Part shown: piece by piece, positions 38,401 through 44,907 of the stretch
Numbering within the stretch: the first letter of the stretch is position 1
Layout: each line of letters starts with the position of its first letter
NCBI GenBank assembly: GCA_902826515.1
Contig: CADEFD010000005.1
Span: 9,690-73,689, forward strand
Length of the DNA: 64,000 nt
From: an uncultured Acidobacteriota bacterium
GTDB lineage: Bacteria; Acidobacteriota; Vicinamibacteria; Vicinamibacterales; UBA2999
Reading direction: 5' to 3'
Notes under the pieces: model-generated
Seen by the model: only the letters and a program-made list of their open reading frames with translations
What the model was told of the DNA's origin: nothing
The model's database searches: none
Position numbers and translations under genes: made by a program

Positions 38401-41334
38401 GACGCGCACCTTGAACTCGCCCTTGATACGCAGCGTCGCCTGCGTGAGGAAGAGCGAGTCGAAGCCCATCTCGAGAAACGCGACGTCGCGGCGGATCGTG
38501 CCAGCCGGCATGCCGCTGAGCGTCTGGAAGAGCGCCGTCAGGCGGCGGGCAATCTCATCGACGCGCGGCGGGGGCACCGGCGAAGACACGGACGCGGGAG
38601 GCGGAGTGGGCATCACGGGGACGTCCTGACGGGCGGGCACGGACACGGGCGCGACGGCCGCTGCTGCAACAGCGGGCCGCTCGGGGAAGTAGCGCTGGCG
38701 TTCGAACGGATACGACGGGAGCGAGGTTCTACGGGCGCCGGAGGTGTCGGGCAGCGCCGCCCAGTCGAGCGGCACGCCACGGCTCCACACGCGGCCGGCG
38801 GCCTGCAGCAGCACGGCGAGGTCGTCGGCCGTGTCGGCCGGCACGCGCATCGACGGCACGACGCCGCGCGCGTCGGTCACGCGCGCATGCTGGCGCGCGA
38901 AGGTGCTGAGCGCCTGGCCCGGCCCCGCCTCGACGAGCGTGCGATCGCCCTCGGCGAGCAGCGCGTCGAGGCCGGCCTGGAACCGCACCGTCTCGCGCAG
39001 GTGGCGCACCCAGTAGTCAGGCGACTGTGCCTCGGCGGCGGTCAGCCACGTGCCCGTGAGATTCGAGAGCACGGGACGCGCCGGCGCCGCGAGCGGAATA
39101 GTCTCGAGGAAGGCCCGGAACGGGTCGAGGATCGCATCCACCATCGGCGAATGCGCCGCCACGGCGATGCGCAGGCGCCGGCACTCGATGTCGTCGGCGT
39201 CGAGGGCACGGGCGAAGTCCGCGAGCGCGCCGGGAGCGCCGGCCACAACCGTGGACGCCTCGGCGTTGACCGCGGCAATCGCGAGCGCACGCGGCAGCCG
39301 GGCCCGCACGTCGGCTTCCGGCAGCGGCACGGCGAGCATGCCGCCCTCCGGCAGCGTCTCGAAGAGAGTGCCGCGCAGTTGCACGAGGCGCAGCGCATCC
39401 GGGACCGTCATCACGCCGGCCAGACACGCCGCCGTGTATTCACCCATGCTGTGACCGATGAGGGCGGCCGGCTCGACGCCCCACGCCATCCACTGACGCG
39501 CCAGCGCGTATTCCACCGCGAAGAGGGCCGGTAGTCCCCACGACGGCGCTTCGAGGCGTGCCGCCGCGGCCGCGTCATTCGCGGCCGGCCAGACCGCCGA
39601 CGCCAGGTCGCGATCGGTCACGAGTCCCAGGCACTGGACCAGCGTCTCGCGGAACACCGGAGCGTGGGCAGTGAGGCCGCGGGCCATGCCCACGTACTGC
39701 GCGCCGCCGCCGGGGAACATGAATGCGGCCGGCGCCGTGCTGGCTTCGAGCGCCGGCGCCACGCGCGGATCGGCGCTGCGCAGCGCGCGCACCGCCTCGC
39801 CGGTATTCGCCGCGACGACGGCGCGCCGCCAGGCGAACGGGTGACGTCCGGCGCGCAGGGTGCGTGCGACATCACGAAGCGGCCGCTCGGGCGACGCCTC
39901 GAGCGCATCGGCGAGTCGCGTCGTGGCGGCATCGAGGGCCGTCGGCGTCTTCGCGGACACGACAAGGAGGGTGCTCGCGGCGTCGGCGCCTTCGCGCGGC
40001 CGGTCTGGCGCTTCCTCGAGCACGACATGGGCGTTCGTGCCGCCGAGGCCGAAGGCACTCACCCCGGCCCGTCGCGGCGTCGGGCCCGCGGGCCAGTCGC
40101 GGCGTTCCGCCGCCACGACGAAGGGCGTGGCCGCGAAGTTGATGGCGGCGTTCGGCGCGCTGAAATGCAGCGTCGGCGGCACCTCGCGATGTTCGAGCGC
40201 GAGCACGGTCTTGATGAGCCCGGCCACGCCCGCGGCCGTGTCGGTGTGGCCGATGTTCCCCTTCACCGAGCCGATCGCGCAGAACCCGGTGCGGTCGGTG
40301 CCGGCGCGGAAGGCCTGCGTGAGCCCGGCGATCTCGATCGGATCGCCGAGCGGCGTGCCGGTGCCGTGCGCTTCGACATAACCAATCGAGTCGGCCGGCA
40401 CGTTGGCGACGGCAAGCGCGGTGGCAATCGCGTCCGCCTGCCCTTCCGGACTCGGCGCCGGAAAACTCATCTTCGCGGCGCCGTCGTTGTTGAGGGCGCT
40501 GCCGCGGATGACAGCGCGGATCGTATCGCCGTCGGCGATCGCATCGGCGAGGCGCTTCAGCACCACGAGGCCCACGCCGTCGCCGTTCACCGTGCCCTGC
40601 GCCTGCGCGTCGAAGGGCCGGCAGTGGCCATCCGGCGAGAAGATGCCGCCCTCGTGATAGTGATGCCCGGCGCGCAGCGGCACGCCCACGGCCACGCCGC
40701 CGGCGAGCGCCATGTCGCTCTGGTAGGCGAGCAGGCTCTGACAGGCCTGGCACACGGCGACGAGCGAGGTGGAACACGCCGTCTGCACGTTCATGCTGGG
40801 CCCGCGCAGGTTCAGCTTGTAGCTGACGCGCGTGGTCAGGTAGTCCTTGTCGGTGCCGAGCCTCAGCGGGTACGCCCCGTAACGCGTGCCCTCGGGATCC
40901 GCCGCGCGCAGGAGCGGCAGGTAGGTGGACTGGCTCATGCCGCCGAAGACACCGACGAGCCCCGGCGCGGCGAGCGGATCGTAGCCGGCGTCTTCGAGCG
41001 CGGCCCACGCACATTCGAGGAACAACCGGTGCTGCGGGTCCATGATCTCGACGTCGCCCGGCAGGTAGCCGAAGAACGCCGCGTCGAAGGTGTCGGCGTC
41101 GTCGATGACGCCCTTGGCGCGCACGTAGTCGGGATCCTCGACGAGCCCGGGCGGCACGCCGGCCGCCACGAGTTCCTCCGGCGTGAACCACTGGATCGAC
41201 TCACGCCCCTCGCGGAGGTTGCGCCAGAACGTGGTGAGGTCCGCCGCGCCGGGAAACCGTCCGGCCATGCCGACGACGGCAATCGCGTCCGCGAGTCCTT
41301 CGGGCAGGTCGGAGGCGTCCAATCCGGCGCTCAT
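32455..41334 (-). CDS. Hybrid type-I PKS / NRPS megasynthase: KS-AT-ACP-aminotransferase-C-A-T-TE (2959 aa)
   Basis: ATG 41334 overlaps the stop of the upstream NRPS (ATGA). All core motifs were read from the translation; see the domain features below. Confidence 0.95.
   Translation of the reverse strand: [2959 protein letters not shown]
32458..33345 (-). other. Thioesterase (TE) domain with Cys at the nucleophile position
   Basis: [10 protein letters not shown]; elbow LGGYCSAAV (Cys TGT = reverse complement of 33091..33093); [15 protein letters not shown] (His codon 32590..32592). Confidence 0.8.
33430..33642 (-). other. Thiolation (T/PCP) domain
   Basis: [16 protein letters not shown], with the Ser codon at 33565..33567. 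Confidence 0.85.
33655..35202 (-). other. Adenylation (A) domain, specificity unassigned
   Basis: [58 protein letters not shown]; NGKLD. Confidence 0.85.
35245..36567 (-). other. Condensation (C) domain
   Basis: [16 protein letters not shown] (HHxxxDG at 36163..36183). Confidence 0.85.
36610..37977 (-). other. In-line class-III (GSA-aminomutase-like) aminotransferase (AmT) domain
   Basis: [48 protein letters not shown]. PLP-Lys context [11 protein letters not shown] (Lys codon 37114..37116). Confidence 0.8.
38335..38562 (-). other. Acyl carrier protein (ACP) domain
   Basis: [12 protein letters not shown], with the phosphopantetheinyl Ser codon at 38455..38457. Confidence 0.8.
38785..39729 (-). 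other. Acyltransferase (AT) domain (approximate bounds)
   Basis: [16 protein letters not shown] (Ser codon 39448..39450). The specificity/catalytic-His motif reads VAAHS (39151..39162 = VAAH). Confidence 0.8.
40015..41289 (-). other. Ketosynthase (KS) domain (approximate bounds)
   Basis: [13 protein letters not shown]; active site TACSTS (Cys codon 40774..40776); [27 protein letters not shown]. Confidence 0.85.
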
Positions 41335-44300
41335 CGGGCCGTGCCCCGCGCGGCGCGCATGCGGGCCGCGTGGTCGCGCTGGCGGGCGGCGCGATCGGCT
41401 GGCGCGGCCGCAGCCACGGCGAGCGGCGCATCGGTCGCGCGCGCCAGCTCCGCGGCCAGGGCGCGCACGGTGGGCAGCCGGAACAACATGACGATCGGCA
41501 CGTCGAGGCCGAGCGCGTCGCAGAGCCGCCGGTGCACCTGCATGAGCGACAGCGAGTGGCCGCCGGCCTCGAAGAAACTCACCGTGACGCCGACCGCGTC
41601 CACGCCGAGCACCTCGCACCAGATCGCCGCGATACGCCGCTCGAGGTCGGTGGCCGGCGCGACGCGCCGGGCCGCCTCGCCGCCGCCGGCCGCCGGCCTG
41701 GGCAGACGCGCCCGATCGAGTTTGCCGTTCGGGCTGAGCGGCAGCGCGGCGAGCGCCACGATGTGCTGCGGCACCATGTAGTCGGGCAGCGCCGCGGCGA
41801 GCGCCCGGCGCAGGCTGTCGACGGCCGCCGGGCCGGTCACGTACGCCACGAGCTGCGGATCGCCGGGCACGTCCTGGCGCGCCACGACCACGGCGTCGGT
41901 CACACCCGGCTGCGCGGCGAGCGCCGCTTCGATCTCGCCGAGTTCGATGCGGAACCCGCGCACCTTCACCTGGTGGTCGGTGCGGCCGAGGTACTCGAGG
42001 GCGCCGTCGGGCAGGCGGCGGCAGATGTCGCCGGTGCGGTACAGACGCGCGTCCGGCACAGCCGCGAACGGATCGGACAGGAACCGCGCGGCGGTGAGAT
42101 CCGGACGGCCGTGATAGCCGGTCCCCACCTGCACGCCGCCGAGATACAGCTCACCGGAGACGCCAGCCGGCACCGGTTCGAGCGCGTCGTCGAGCACGTA
42201 ACAACGCGTGTTGGGCGCGGCGTAGCCAATCGGCACGCGCGTCGTGGGCGCTTCGCGGGGACACGTCCAGTGCGTCACGTCCACCGCGGCTTCGGTGGGC
42301 CCGTAGAGATTGCGGAGCGTCGCCGGGAGCACGCGATGGCAGGCATCCACCAGGTCGGGCGCCAGGGCTTCCCCGCTGCAGATGATCTCGCGCACCGAGG
42401 TGCACGTCGCCACATGGCGCGCCTGGAGGAACACACGCAGCATCGACGGCACGAAGTGCAGCACGGTCACCTGGTGCGTCGTGACGGCGGCCACGAGGGC
42501 ATCGGGATCGCGATGGCTGTCTGGCGCGGCCACGACGAGCCGGGCGCCTTCCCCGAGCGGCCAGAAGAACTCCCACACCGAGACATCGAAACTGAACGGC
42601 GTCTTCTGCAGCACCGCGTCGGCCGGCGTGAGCTGATAGAAGGCCTGCATCCAGCGCAGGCGGTTCACGATGCCGCGATGGGTGTTGATGGCGCCCTTGG
42701 GCCGCCCGGTCGAGCCCGACGTGTAGATCATGTAGGCCGGGTCGTCGGGCCCGATCGATGCGACCGGCGGCGTGGCCGGCCGCTCGTCGAGGGCCTCGCC
42801 GGCCTCGTCGAGCGCCAGCACGATGGCGTCGGTGTGCAGGCGCGCGGCCACCTCGAGGTGCGTCACGACCACCGTGGCGCCGGCATCCGCCAGCATGAAG
42901 GCCACACGGTCGGCCGGATAGTCGGGGTCGATCGGCACGTAGGCGGCGCCCGCCTTGAGCACCGCCAGGAGCGTCACGACCATGTCGAGCGATCGCTCGA
43001 GACAGACGGCGACGCGCTCGCGGGGCTGCAGGCCGAGGCCGCGCAGGTGGTGCGCGAGCTGATTGGCGCGGCGGTCGAGCGCCGCGTACGTGAGCGTGCC
43101 CTCGCCGGCGACGACCGCCACCGCATCGGGCGTGCGCGCGGCCGCGGCTTCGAACGTGTGCTGCAGGAGCCCGGCGGGGCCGTAGTCCACGTCGGTGTCG
43201 TTGCCGTGCGCGAGGAGGGCCCGGCGCTCGTCGGCGGTATGCAGCGGCAGGCGGCCGATCGGGAGGGCGGCCGCCAGCGGCATCGCGAGCAGCAGCGTGC
43301 GCAGCCCGGCCAGCATCCGCGCGGCCACGCCCGGCTCGAGGCGGTCGTGATAGAAGCCGAGGTGCAGCGACAACCGCTCGCCACCGTAGGCCGTGAGCGT
43401 GACACCGATATTGGTCTGGCCGTGATACGCGACACGGCGCGACGCCCAGGCGCCGCCGCGCGATCGCATCACCTCGTCGATCGCCCGGTGTTCGTAGACG
43501 ACGAGCGTGTCGAAGAGCGGCTGGCCCGCGGGCACGGCACTCGCCGCCTGCACGCGCGTCAGCGGCGTGTGCGCCCAGGGCCGCTGAGCGCGCCAGGCGC
43601 GGCGCACATCGGCGAGAAACACTTCGAGCGGCTGCGCGCGGTCGATCGCCACCCGCAGCGGCAAGGTGTTGATGAGCAGGCCGAGCATCCGCTCGACGCC
43701 GGGCACCGGCAGATGACGGCCGGCGCGGGTCACGCCGAACATGACGTCGTGCTCGTGACTGTAGTGGTGCAGCAGGAGCGCCCAGGCGGCCTGCACGAGC
43801 GTGTGCATGGTGACGCCCTGCGCGGCGGCAAACGACTCGAGCGCCGCTGTTTCCGCGGCTTCGAGCCGGCGCGCGATCTCGTCGTGCACGCGCGTCGCCG
43901 GTGGCGCCGCCGGTGCCGGCGCGGCGAGGGCGAGCCGCGTGGGCGAGGTCACACCGGCAAGCGTGGCGTGCCAGAAGCGATCGGCCGCGGACCAGTCGGT
44001 CGCGGCCAGCGCCCGCACGACGTCGCCGAAGGCGCCGCGCGGTTCGACGGCGCGCGGAGCCGCCGCATGGTCGTAGCGCGCGAAGACGTCATCGAGCACG
44101 AGCGGGAACGAACGGCCGTCGAGCAGGGCGTGATGGAACGTCCAGATGAGGATGTCGTCGCCGCCGGCCTCCTGCAGGAGCGTCCAGCGCATCACCGGGG
44201 CCTGGTCGAGGGGCAGCGGACGCCGGCGATCGGCGGCGAGCCACGCGGCCAGGCGCGGCGCCACGTCGGCAGGGGCGACGTCGCGCCACGACTCGACCGT

Positions 44301-44609
44301 CCAGTCGAGCGTGACGTCCGGCGCCGCCTGCTGCACCGGGCGCCCGTCGGCCGTCCACGTGAAGGCCGTGCGGAGCATCGGCTCGGCGAACACGACGGCG
44401 CGCCACGCCGCGTGCAGGTCGGCGGCGCGCAGGCGCTCGCGCGTGCGGAGGACGATCTGTTCGATGTCCACGCCCGACCCGGGGGCGCGGACGGCGTGCA
44501 GCAGCATGCCCGCCTGAAGGGGGACGAGCGGCAGCGGCGCGTCGGATGCAGCGGCGGTTGGCGGCGGCGCGGGCAGCAGCGCGTCCCGCCCGGTGATGGG
44601 TGGTGTCAT
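41331..44609 (-). CDS. NRPS module C-A-T (1092 aa), A domain predicted Ser
   Basis: [10 protein letters not shown] (HHxxxDG 44115..44135); [62 protein letters not shown] (Ser codon 41553..41555). Confidence 0.95.
   Translation of the reverse strand: [1092 protein letters not shown]
41430..41657 (-). other. Thiolation domain T1
   Basis: [16 protein letters not shown]. Confidence 0.85.
41685..43172 (-). other. Adenylation domain A1 (hand-read code DVWHISLVDK, Ser-like)
   Basis: Specificity positions were read by ungapped alignment to GrsA-PheA numbering between FDVSVWE and [11 protein letters not shown]. Confidence 0.75.
43245..44537 (-). other. N-terminal condensation domain of the first module (approximate bounds)
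   Basis: [13 protein letters not shown]...; [13 protein letters not shown]. Confidence 0.8.
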
Positions 44610-44907
44610 GGACAGTTTCCGGCCGGGGTGACGAGCAGTGCGCGCCGAGCACCGCGTTCCGCCCCTGCGAGGCCGTGCGTGTCTTCACGCACCCCCGTGC
44701 ATCGCTGGTTCGAAACGCCGTGACGCTGCCTCGGCGGCAGCTTTGATAGCAATCCACGGGCCAGACGGCGGCACGCGCGCGCAGCGCGTCACGAACCAAG
44801 GGCCCGGCAATCCTCGCGCGACCGGACATTCTGCGAGGCCAGCGGGGCCATTGCCGCGCCGAACCGGAGAACAAAGTTCTTCCAGACGACGGACTTCCCG
44901 GTCGACC

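Noticed and set aside
32545-44723. Plus-strand ORFs of 1697 aa (32545..37638), 460 aa, 705 aa (39664..41781) and 1117 aa (41370..44723).
   Set aside because: All lie antisense to the NRPS/PKS genes, whose frame is validated by dozens of catalytic motifs. The antisense translations are R/H/G/E low-complexity.
44089-44874. A 261-aa minus-strand ORF that starts in the NRPS leader, considered as a possible small regulatory or MbtH-like gene.
   Set aside because: It runs out of frame into the validated NRPS coding region. It is Arg/Ala/Pro-rich and has no MbtH (tryptophan-rich) signature.
44868-44880. The palindrome AGAAC-AAA-GTTCT, considered as a LexA (Cheo-box-like) SOS operator.
   Set aside because: The Cheo box is GAAC-N4-GTTC, and here the spacer is N3. 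The site lies directly after the protease stop, and no SOS gene is nearby. It is kept only as part of the leader description.
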